Part shown: in pieces, positions 39,580-50,816 of the stretch | How the letters are laid out: the number at the start of each line of letters is the position of its first letter | Position numbering within the stretch: position 1 is the stretch's first letter | Source: Leucoraja ocellata | Taxonomy: Eukaryota | Length of the DNA: 64,000 nt | Assembly (NCBI GenBank): GCA_036785375.1 | Contig: JAWMAR010000023.1 | Span: forward strand, 6,758,001 to 6,822,000 | Reading direction: 5' to 3' | Notes under the pieces: model-generated | What the model was told of the DNA's origin: nothing | Database searches by the model: none | What the model saw: the letters and a program-made list of their open reading frames with translations, nothing else | Translations under genes and position numbers: made by a program

Positions 39580-41029
39580 ATACACAATGTGCTGGAGTAA
39601 CTCAGTAGGCTGGATCAATCTGAAGAATGGTCCTGACCCGATAAGTTACCTTTTGGGTATTAACCAGCATCTGCAGTTCGGTTTCTAGTAAATGCAGTAA
39701 TACCTTATTCGATTATTGCAAGCAATCGGCAATAACGGACACCATTCCTTCCCCCCACCCACGGTCCATTATAAAGAGGGTTTACTGAACTCAGATTTAA
39801 AATAGGATCTTAAAAGGTATACCTGGAGAGAGAAAATTATAGGATTCATAAGCTTGGAATTGTCAGCATTTCCACAATTGATACAGAAAGGAAGACCCTC
39901 AAAGATTTAAAGGGCTGGAGGGGGATTACAGAGACAGAAATAATTTATTAATGGACTCAGCCTCTCAGTGACTAGTGGTAGCAAGACCTTAGACTGCAAT
40001 CCTTCTCCACAAAAGCCTTTGCGTTGATTACACTCCCTGCAGCGTAGAAGTGTAATAGCCTGTCAACCACTTGGTGGGGTGTATCGTTCAAAAAGGCCAA
40101 ATATGTGATATTGGTACTTTATAAGTAGAATGTATTGACTTGATGACACTGAATATATTAAACTTGATGACAATTCACTATATATATTTATTATTAAAAG
40201 TTTATTTTTGAAATTAAAAGATAAATAATGGACAGGTTAGTTGAGGACAATTATTTTGCAGATTACCAGGTGGGCAGAAAAAAAGGTTCAAAGATGCGCC
40301 CAAAGCCTCTGGTGAAATGCAACATCCCCAGTTCATTTCTGATGTATGATACTGCTCTTCAACAATTAAAACCTTTGTTAAGATTCACGGTTAGGGCCTG
40401 AAAAACATACACCACCTCACATGTCTTGGGAGCCACCTCTCTCCTCTTTATTTCCTTCTTTCTTATTTGTTTATTTGCTTCCCTTCAGTGCACCCATTCC
40501 TAAAACCGTGTCAATGTAGCTCTGATTTCAAAGGGGTTCAGGTGATCTGGCCTATATTTCTCCCTCAACTAAACATGACTCAAAGGAAACAATAGCTTGT
40601 CATTATTTCCCTTGTTGTTTGTGAGAATTGATTATCTGTAAATTTGCAAACATATTTTACATGACAGTATGACTACATTTGAACGAAAAATCTATTTAGT
40701 CTTTATTTAGCCTTGAAAGGTTCCATCTAAATGCAAGTCTTTGCTTTACTACACCATGTAGTGGTACCACTCCAGGTTAAGAGGTTTCTCCTGAATTCCC
40801 TGTTAGATTTATAAGAGGTGGTCTGATATTTATGACTCCTATTTCACATCTCATCAAGCTTGATATAGCGGATATAGCTTCATCACAACTTCCCTGTTCA
40901 AACCATTCTAGATATCATGAGAAAAAGATACTGGCAGAAAAATGTTGAGCTTTTTAATTTAGTTAAGAGGTTTAAGAGGCGCATCTGTTTGAGTGTATAT
41001 ATGTGTGAATGTGTACAATTCTGCAACTA

Positions 41030-41773
41030 GCTCATCTGTGAAACATGGTGGTGGGGTGTTATGGCCTGGGCAAGTATGCCTTCTGAACGTACTAGCTCAC
41101 TTATCTTCATTGATGATACAACTGCTGATGGTAGTAGCATAATGAATTCTGAAGTGTATAGACACATCCTATCTGCTCGTTCAGAAAAATGCCTCAAAAC
41201 TCATTGGCCGGCGGTCATTTTACAGCAAGACAATGATCCCAAATATACTGCTAAAGCAACAAAGGAGTTTTTCAAAGCTAAAAAATGGTCAATTCTTGAG
41301 TGGCCAAGTCATCACCTGATCTGAACCCAATTGAGCATGCCTTTTATATGCTGAAGAGAAAACTGAAGGGGACTGGTCCCCAAAACAGCATGTTAAAAAT
41401 GGCTGCAATACAGGCCTGGCAGAGCATCACCAGAGAAGACACCCAGCAACTGGTGATGTCCGCTATTCACAGACTTCAAGCAGTCACTGCATGCAAAGGA
41501 TATGCAACAAAATACTAAACATTACTTTTCATTTACATGACATTGCTGTGTCCCAAACATTGTGGTGCCATGAAATGGGGGGGGACTATGTATGAACACT
41601 GCTGTAATTTGTACATGATGAAACCAAAATATATAAAAATGGCCTTTATTAAAATCTGACAATGTGCACTTTAACCACATTTGATTTTTTTCTATTACAA
41701 ATCTCAAATTGTGGAGTACAGAGGCAAATAAATAAATGATGGGTCTTTGTCCCAAACATTATGGAGGACACTG
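41030..41773 (+). mobile_element. Tc1 transposon 3' remnant: frameshifted DDE transposase C-terminus and right IR/DR TIR
   Basis: Motifs VKHGGG, LQQDNDPKYTAK, WPS/SPDLNPIEH; the TIR ends CACTG at 41773. Confidence 0.92.
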
Positions 41774-42929
41774 TGTATATACACACACACACACTACAAC
41801 GTCTACCCTGAGATTCTTCATACTTTTGTTTCACTTACATTATCACATCTGCCTGTTTTTTAACCGTATTCTTTAACAAAAATCTACCAACTTAATACCA
41901 ATTTTAGAAGGACATAGTAAACTTTGGATGTGCAAGTAATTTCTAACTTCACTCATGAAAGGTTCAGTTGTAAATTTTAAATGTTTGTCCCAATTCTAGT
42001 CCGCATCGCCAAAATACATTTTTTCCCCATCCATCATATCAGATCTCCTCTACAGCTTGATAATGATGAAATCATTTCTTAACATCCTAGTTGTCAGTAA
42101 ATGCAATGTTAGTCTGTTTAATGTTTCTCAGTATCATTTATTTAACCAGGCTGCAACGGTCAACACCATACAGTCTTCCTGGAGTACGGAGTCCAGATTC
42201 ACTCACGATAATCCAAGTGCAGTCTAACCAATAATTTTCCATTGCTTTGGAAACAATGGGCCAAATAGCCTCCTTTAGTGGCATAGTGCAGTTCTAGACC
42301 CACAGTTGTTATGTAAACCTACAATCACATCCAATATAAGATATCAGGGGCAGTAATGAATGAATGTGGTACGTTTCAGGACACGTTGCTGAAGGGTATA
42401 TGTCACTGGGGACCGAGGGAAGGGTATTTCACCAGCTAACTGGCCAGGAGCATCAAAACAAAATCCGGTAAGTGCTAAGGAGCGGATGTGCTCACCGTAC
42501 AGACCACAAAAAGAATTCCCACGCACCTCAAAGTCTCGTCCCGCCTCAAGCCCCACCCTAAACGGCCTTGCCCCAAATTTCACCACCCACCCTGCCCCAA
42601 TAATCCCTACCATACCCCATCTACACCGACCCACCTCAAAAACCAACACCCACCCACTCGACGCTTCAATCCCCACCCCACATGGCCTTGCCTCAAGTCT
42701 CACCTCAACAAACACACCAAATTTCTCCACCCACACCGGCCCACCTTTACCCCTCAACCCTACCTGTACGGCCCAGCCCCCAAACCCTCCTCAACACACA
42801 CCGCTGCGCTTCAACCACAGGTAATCCCCCTCCTCCCGGCTCCGCCCCAAACCCCCTCCTCCCACCACTCCGCCCCAAACCCCCACCCAGCCCGCCCCCA
42901 ACCACCCCTTCTCACCCCGCCCCCCCCAC

Positions 42930-43500
42930 CCGAGCCTGGAGCCCGGCGAACAGTGCAGGGATCCCAGCTGCCAGCGCCGGCCTCCCGCGTCCCCCTGGCA
43001 ACACAGGCGACCCGACGGGCCCTGAATCAGCCCGGGCGCCTGGGGAAGCGGCCGACCGGTGACCCCCCCCCCCCCCCCCCCAAAGCTGTGGAACACGGGC
43101 TCGGAACTCACCCGAAGTCCAGGTCCATGGACTTGAAGAAGAATTTGAAGCTGCTGCTCGGCCTGTTGTTGAGGACCTGCTTGAAGTGACCGAGAGTGAC
43201 CCGGTCCGGCGGCACCGCCACCTTCACCAAGTACGGCGTCTCTTCCTCGTCCATGTGGTAAATGATCTTGGTCTCCGCCATCAGGGATGGGAAACGCGGC
43301 GGGTGGTGGATCCAGTCCCGGCCGCTCTCCCTCAGCCCTCCCGGTTCATAGATGTGTGGGAGACGCGAGAGCTGTCAAACTCGACAGCGCGGCCTGGTGG
43401 ACGGACAGCCTCCCTCCCGCCGCCTGCGCGCCACTCAAGGTCGGCCCCGCCCACCCCGAGACCAACCTCGCCCACCCGTGGCAGCCCCTCGACCCCTGAA
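42930..43500. promoter_or_regulatory. CpG island / DVL1 promoter and first exon
   Basis: High GC and CpG density around the DVL1 ATG within an otherwise AT-rich, CpG-poor window. Confidence 0.85.
43112..43281 (-). CDS. DVL1: Dishevelled-1, coding exon 1 (DIX domain, N-terminal part)
   Basis: Translates [57 protein letters not shown]; 170 nt; ends GG|GTGAGT donor. The [17 protein letters not shown] start and the adjacency to MXRA8 point to the DVL1 paralog. Confidence 0.96.
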
Positions 43501-43830
43501 AACCCCGCCCACCCGAGTAAACCCCGCCCACCCATGGAATACCCCGCCCACCGGAGAAAACCCCGCCCACCCATGGAATACCCCGCCCACTCGAGAAACC
43601 CCCGCCCACTCGAGGAAAACCCCGCCCTCCCGAGAAAACCCCGCCCACCCACGGCAGGCCCTCACTCCGAGAAAACCCCGCCCATCCCGGAAAACCCCGC
43701 CCACCCGGGCAGCCACGCCCACCTCGAGGAAACCCCGCCCACCCAGAAGAAACCCCGCCCACCCAGAAGAAACCCCGCCCACCTATCTTTGGTCAGACCC
43801 GCCCACCCAGAAGAAACCCCGCCCGCCCAT
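43445..43830. repeat. GC-box minisatellite (~19-20-bp unit, core AAACCCCGCCCACC) upstream of DVL1
   Basis: About 15 exact CCCCGCCC cores plus a few variants, counted by eye; degenerate CACCC-type units continue to ~44100. Confidence 0.9.
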
Positions 43831-44572
43831 GGGACAGCTCCACCCAGTCTGAGAAAACCCCACCCACCCCAAAATAATAAGCCCACCGAGAAACCCCCAC
43901 CCACCCCAGTCAGCCTCAAACCCATCAATGCCCAGTCCCACCCAACTGGTCAGCCCCACAGGCCTGGACAGCTCCACCCATCCCAAGAAACCCCCCACCC
44001 ACCACGAGAAAACCCAGCAATGCAATGCCCACCCGCAATGTCCCACCCAAGGCAGCCCTACCCCACCAGTATGCCCCAATTAGCCCCACCCAACCCAGTT
44101 AGCCCCTTTCTCCGTCCCTCCCGCACCCTAGTCTTCGGACTAGTATCATTCGTCCTGTTGAGTTTCCGTGTCTGTATATCCCACAGCCAACAATGGACCA
44201 TTGTGGGCTCCACCATTCCTTGATTATGGTTGCTTTTTGCATATCTTCCATTCATTTGCCTGATATCTCTCGTTTCCCTTTCCCCTGAATCTCAGTTTGA
44301 AGAAGGGTCGTGACCCAAAACATCGACTATCCCTTTTCTCCAGAGATGTTGCCTGACCTGCTGAGTTATTCCAGCTTTTTGTGTCTTGCCTCTCAACCCT
44401 GGTTGGCTACACCCACCATGGTCTGCCCTGCATAGTCCTGGATAGAGTATCCTCATCCTTTAGATTGCTCCTCCTGCCCCATGACTGTTTTTTCCACTCG
44501 ACAGCGAATCCCACCCGAAGGCAACCCACCAACTACTAAACGGCCCTTCCCACTCCCATAAAACCATCAGTG

Positions 44573-44663
44573 GACAAAAATACTGGAGAAATTCAGCGGG
44601 TGAGGCAGCATCTATGGAGCGAAGGAAATAGGCAACGTTTTGGGTCGAAACCCTTCTTCAGAC
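44573..44663 (-). mobile_element. Short Penelope-derived repeat, inverted partner of 44817-44916
   Basis: About 8 mismatches in 91 nt against the reverse complement of the neighbouring copy. Confidence 0.85.
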
Positions 44664-44816
44664 CCTTCCCAGAAACCCTTCCCAGAAAACCATGCTCACC
44701 CCAAGACAACTGGAGATAACCTTGCCCACTCCTGCACAGATGATCACACTCCTGGATAACTCCACCCACCCAATTTGGCTCCTCCCATCTGTTGACCGCC
44801 TGGTTCAGCCCAGGAT

Positions 44817-44916
44817 CATCAGTCTGAAGAAGGGTTTCGGCCCGTAACGTGGCCTATTTCCTTTGCTCCATAGATGCTGCCTCACCCGCTGAGTTTCTCC
44901 ACCATTTTTGTCTACC
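44817..44916 (+). mobile_element. Short Penelope-derived repeat with HHR-like head and TSD
   Basis: AGTCTGAAGAAGGGTTTCGGCCCGTAACG...; flanked by duplicated TTCAGCCCAGGAT at 44804-44816 and 44917-44929. Confidence 0.85.
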
Positions 44917-45435
44917 TTCAGCCCAGGATAGCCCTGCCTACCTGGGACAGCTCCTCCCACAGCTGGACAAATTTGCCCTCTGGATCAAGCCCACACCTGC
45001 ACAACCTCCCTTCTTTAAATCAATACCGCACCAACAAGTAGTTTACGCATTTCCAGGCAAATCTATCCCACTTGATATTGTGCCGTATCAGCTTCCAAAG
45101 CCTTTTGTTTGTACAAAACATGTTGGAGGAACAAGTCTGTGCTCTGTGCTACAAAAAAACGCAAGAATGTTATCTAAATTTCATTTTTGTACAAACTCTA
45201 CATGTATGAATTTTCCTTAAAATTGTAACATTAATTTTATACCCCAAATTGGATGCAATGGAAAATGCATTTATTTAGGTCTTAAATGATAGATATAATT
45301 TACTATCAAGTGAAATAACTGAATCCATTTTTTAGTCCAAAATTTTAATATAACACAAACATTATCTTATAACTTTGTCGCCTCTAGAATGCCTCTTGAA
45401 ACAATGAAGCCCATCCATGTATTAATGTGTAAAGG

Positions 45436-45449
45436 TCGCCATCTCCTGG
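45436..45449 (-). promoter_or_regulatory. Candidate CTCF site between MXRA8 and DVL1
   Basis: Minus strand reads CCAGGAGATGGCGA, close to the CTCF core CCASYAGRKGGCRS. Confidence 0.5.
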
Positions 45450-48400
45450 TTTTCTGAGAGTTTTCATGTCATGGTGAACAGTGGATAATTGCAGCTTCAG
45501 TAGCTAAGTGATTCATGTTCGCAACTGTTGCTTGCTATGTGGCACATACAAATAGTCCTGTATTGCAGCTTTGCCAGGTTGGTACCTCATTTTTAGGTTT
45601 GTCCTGCCCTTCTGCACTCATTGATTCCTTGGCTTGACTGAAATGGAGTGATATGCTGAACAACCAAGTTACAGATTGTGGTGGAATACAAGGTGACATT
45701 GCACCTATTTTAGACTCAAGACAGGCAGAGTTGGTATGATCCCCACTTGGATGTTACAATTGGTGTATTTTTTATCCTCCTTTATAACATCATATATAAT
45801 TGAAGTTGGATTGCTTTGAGGGTGAATTCAGAATGTACTCTTCCAAAATTGAAATTAAATCTGGAACATTCTCTCCTAAAAGGCTCACAACCTCTGTTCA
45901 TTTTAACTTTCAAAACATTATTGTCAACTAAAATTTCTGAGGTATATTGTGCAACCAGAGTTGTGTAACAGATGAATCATGTTCCTTTTAGTTGGAATAC
46001 AAATCCAGTATTTGAATTGCCTTCTTCTGTTCCTATTTAATTTTTTTAAATGTTTGATTTTGAGAGAAATATTGATCCTTCTACTATCATGGAAACATTT
46101 GAACTATGAAAGGAGATTAAGCAAGGCATATTGATCTCTTTATTTTGATTCATGAACATTTGCTTATTTTACAGCATTCTTTAGAACAGTATCAAACAGG
46201 CATACACTATATTGCATTTGAGCTTAGAATATAATATTAGCATGATTCGATTGGTAGGTGAGAAGGCACCAATCTAACATTTAAAAAAAACTGGCAATCT
46301 ACACACTTGAATCTAACTCCTGATAATTTCTATTGGGCTATTATGTTGGAATACAATACAGAGTGTCTTTTCATATTCATACACCATAGCCCAAGTTATA
46401 CTAATTGCAATAGCTGCACCAGTCAGATTGCAAACCAACACTGATGTTTTAATACACAACAGGTAAAGCACTGACAGCAGTTCATGAGTCACACAAATAT
46501 GTATATCAAATAACTTCCTGATGTAATAAACAAAAAGGTACAATAACTGCATGAAGTGAGAAAACAGCAGATTAAGCAGATAAGAAGTGTATTGAGTAAG
46601 CTCCTATAGTCTAGGAAAACAGGAATGTGCAGAACTAAAACATATGTATTCCATCTTATCTACCTCATATGTTTTCTGAAAAAACCCATCAGCATGTTCT
46701 AGTTTTTTTCACATTTGAAACCTTCCAATGAAGTAAGTAAATCTGACCTATTCCCATTCCTCTCCCTCCCCACCACTACAAATCTGGAAAATCTACATTT
46801 GGTTCGGATATTAGTTGGGGTGGTGATTGGGATTGGTGTAAGTTGAATGTTTTCTTGAGGCACCCAGCTTGGTCCTTAAGGTCTGATAAAAGATTCACAT
46901 ACCTTGGGAAGCTGGTAGAATTTGCCTTGGATCAGCTGCCAGGAGTCTCACGGCTCAGGACTCCCTTATTATTACATTTACATTAGACTGTTTCATCAGA
47001 GCACAATTCTGAATATTAGGTCCTGGTCCAATTAAGTTATTACAATTTAAAATTAAAAGGGGCAATGTTTGATCCTGATACAGTGATGTCCTTTCCATGC
47101 CCTTGCCCAACTGCGTGTGAGCCTTTCACATAAATTTCCAACAATGTTCTCAAAATTCTTACAAGAAACAATATTTGCCCCCCAAACCAGGTTTGAGCAA
47201 CCTATCATTGGATTTTTTAAAATGATAAACCAAATACTCAAAATGTCTTTTTACATTTTGTTTTCGTGAATTGATGTAATTAATTATTACAGTGACATTT
47301 TAAGTTAGTTAAGAAAATGATAGCTCTCTTCTGCACCGCATTTATTAGAATGTCAATTCTTGGCCCATTTGGCCCTATTCTGCTGCAAACGTCCAACCCA
47401 TCAAAATCCAATTCCAATTAAACTCATCTGCAATTTCATGTGCCCTTCCTCAATCCCTGCAATGAATCAATCCCAACCATTATTCCACCCATTGCCTTGT
47501 ATTGCGCCAAATGTAATTCCTATTTTCCCTTGATTTCCGTCCTTAGCAATTGGCTTAATCTACTCCCTACAGTGATCCTGTCTCATCACACATTGCATGA
47601 TCTGAGAGAATAACAAAATTTAGCTCTTAGTCTAACTTAAGGTCTTTCCTTTGTGACAAGCTCTGCATACTTCAAATACACCTTGCACCATGCTGATCCA
47701 AGCACCAGTAACCCCTTTTTAATTAATTTCATCCTGGACATATCTTCTATTTGACTTATTTAGATTTAAATTGCAGCATTATCTATTCAACAGTATGGTT
47801 TTGAGTTTCTGGAGATTTAAATTCAGAGGTTGGTCATATAAGCATATCCTTGGTGGCTCAGAGTTTGAAAAATATTATATTGGGAGGATTGTGATAATGA
47901 AGCTTTGATGCATTATTTCAAATAAAAAGAGTTCACAGTTTGATATTTCTTAATAAAGGATTGGAAACTGCTGGATGTCTTTGCAAGTCAGAAGCTGAGA
48001 AGAACAAGAATAAGGAATCAGTCTGTCCTGGCAAGTTGACCAAAGTGCAACTTCCAGAGCGCAGACAGGAAGGACACTGTTACTGAGGTCTCGGCAATTG
48101 TTAGCTTTCCTCAATGCCAATTTGCCACAGTTTTATTGAACACAATCACAAGCATTGAACTATAAAAAATCTGCAACGGAGGGGGAGGAAGAGTGGAAAA
48201 ACATCTGCAAAAGGGTGGGAGGAAATGGCACTACTACCAAAGCTATACACTTACGTTTTCTAGTGAACAACAGTGATTTCCTAATTGTGTGTATATTTCT
48301 GGGGTAACAGTTAAATCCTATATCAAAATATTATTGGATAGATGGATAAAGACAGGTAAAGGTGAATAAATGAATATTCACTATTCCCCTTCATTCTCAC

Positions 48401-49072
48401 TGCATTGAAATCAAAAACCATCATATGATTTCTTGCTCTTAACTCATTCCTCCCAAAATTGTCAAACTCTAAAACCCTCACACCCTTCACTTTATTTCCG
48501 TACATCTGTAAAACACAAGTTCTGTGCCAGCTTCTATATGAGTCTCTCTCCAACCTGACTTTTGTAATGGCCAAACTTAACCTCAATTAAAAACAAATCC
48601 GAAGAAAGTCTTTGAAACAATATTATCTGATCTTATAGAAATATTTGTTTTAAAAATACCATTAACATATAGAGACAATTTAATACCTTAATTTTTTCTT
48701 GTTAAAAATATCATATGTCATAGAGTGTGGAAACAAGCCCCTTTGGTGTAATTTGCCCATGCCGACCAACATGCCCACATCCACACTAGTCCCACCTGCC
48801 TGTGCTTGACCCATGACCTAATCCTATCCTATGCGTGTACCTGTCCAAATGTCTCTCAAACGTTATGATAGTATCTGCCTCAGCTATCTCCTCCAGCAGC
48901 TCATTCCATATACCCACCATCTTTTTGTGTAAAAGTTACTCCTCAGGTTCCTATTAAATCCCCCCCCCCCCCCCCTCCCCATAGCTCAGGCCCTCAAGTT
49001 CTGGCAACATTGTAAATCTTCTCTGCACCATTTTCAGCTTGACTTATTTGAATAAAAAAGATTGAATGGTCG

Positions 49073-49078
49073 TTTATT
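49073..49078 (-). terminator. Candidate distal polyadenylation signal of MXRA8 (AATAAA), giving a ~1.7-kb 3'UTR
   Basis: AATAAA on the minus strand at the end of an AU-rich, repeat-poor tract (49050-49600), followed by T-rich sequence. Confidence 0.45.
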
Positions 49079-50790
49079 TTTATAACAGCCTCGTTTATAC
49101 TTGTTCAGGAAATAATAAAATGTATTATATCCTATCTGATATCACAATCATTTCAGACACAGCTGATGCTGCACGGTATATATGCATGTACGGCTACTGC
49201 TGATTCCAAACTCATCACTGATCGCAGGTCTATGACATGTAACCCAGGGTGAACCCTGTTTCCCCAGGCTAGTGTGCTGATTCTTGGCCAGCAAGATTTA
49301 TGAATCACATGGAAAGAAAAATGAATGAGAGATGGAATGGTAAGATAAAATCTGTGCTGTCTCAGTAATTGTGAGCTGAGAGAGTTAAAGGTATAGAAAT
49401 ATGATTTTTGAAATGGCAGCTTTGTATAAAATAAGACAAATATGAATAATTATTACACTGTTGATCTTGCATAAATGTATATAATGAATAAGACTGCATC
49501 TGTGTAAGTTATTAAAATTATTGCAGGTTTGGATTACAATGGGGAAGGTAACTATATTTTGCAGCTTACACCAGAAATCATTCATGGCATATTGGAACAT
49601 TTCACTTCCCGAGACTTACAACTTCAATTCTAATTGAAAGAAAATTCATTTGTGAAAGAAAGTAAGTCAGTTAGAATGAAACACTCAAATGCGGAGTGAG
49701 ATTGGCATACTAAGGCCCAAGATGATAACTAAACATTGTCAGAGTTAATATGGGCATTCTGGTTATGGAGACAATACCAATGATGTAAGGAGAGAGACAC
49801 TGAAGAACAGGTTGGAGGGACATTTACATTAAAGGATTGGAGATGGGGTAGCGATAGGTGAAAGAACAGACTGAAAGATGTATAGAAATGCATAATGAGG
49901 GATTGGGATCAACAAGCCAATTAACAAAGCAGGAATTGAGATATATATATCGAGATGGAGAATAGATGCAATGAAACATTGGCAATGGAGCAACAGACGA
50001 AGTAATAATGTACAAAGACATTAGTGCACCAAGGAACTGGGGAGGGATCATAGACAAGTTGTAAAGGAAAATGGTGTGAAGGCAGACTGATGAAGATGCC
50101 ATGGAGGGATGGAGAGACTGCAAGCCTGGATATCCAGACTAATGTTAATTGTAACACAAAAGCCAAATACTGCTAAATAAAACAAAAACTGCTAGAAACA
50201 TGTAATTGGTCAGGTGGCATCAGTGCTGAGTACTTCCAGCATTTTCTACTACTAAAAGCATGTTGTTTGGTTCCTCAGGTGATCAAACCTAGAAAGTAAC
50301 TGTGCGGAGTTGAAGTGTTGTCCTTGCAACCCCTGGATTATGGTGATCACTCCTTCATTTCAAGTAAATTCAGAACCAACAATTTTGAAAGGAGCAGCAC
50401 TAAACCTTATGTTTCTGCTTCCAAAATGTCTACCCTTCCTCTACTAACATCCTAGATTTTTTCCTACCAGCTACAAGAAATGTATTGCTTCCCTTTTAAC
50501 CAACAATATTGAAGCTGGTTGTTTACCAGTGCTTGTCTCCCCATTAAATAAAACCACTTTAGGTCTGGAATGACAGAAGTATGAGATAAATGAAAGGTTC
50601 CTGGTAAGGCTGTTTCATGTTGTGGTTCCGCAAAATCTGCTGCACAGGTTTGGGAAATTTGTGTTAGTACCATTGATATGTATACTTTAATTAAGCGCTG
50701 TATAATTGAAGGATATTGATAAAGGCAAATGATTTCCTCATATGCCCTTCACTTTTCAGCTTCTGGATCCAGCCAGCAGCATCATTTTAT

Positions 50791-50816
50791 TTATTTCCAG
50801 TATTTCTTCTCAACAT
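50791..50816 (-). CDS. MXRA8: MXRA8 last coding exon with stop codon
   Basis: ttttccatag|(D)VEKKYWK-TAA; 26 nt; comparable in length and character to the mammalian C-terminus (E/G)FRKE(Y/N)CK*. Confidence 0.82.

Larger units (their letters stand above)
38947..39787. mobile_element. Non-autonomous Tigger/pogo-like DNA element with internal cargo
   Basis: Left end TA-CAGACAACTCTCGCTTTAACGG; right end (rc) CAGTAAACCCTCTTTATAATGG; subterminal TAACGG repeats. The TIRs match only ~16/24 and the right flank is AA rather than TA. Confidence 0.6.

Noticed and set aside
43500-43830. Repeat-spacer appearance resembling a CRISPR array
   Set aside because: Linkers are only ~5-8 nt and related to each other, there are no cas genes, and the context is vertebrate; it is a minisatellite.
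43186-44223. 345-aa Pro-rich ORF and the overlapping Gly/Pro-rich ORFs at 42.3-44.2 kb
   Set aside because: They result from the stop-poor C-rich minisatellite and CpG island, antisense to or upstream of DVL1 exon 1; no domain similarity.
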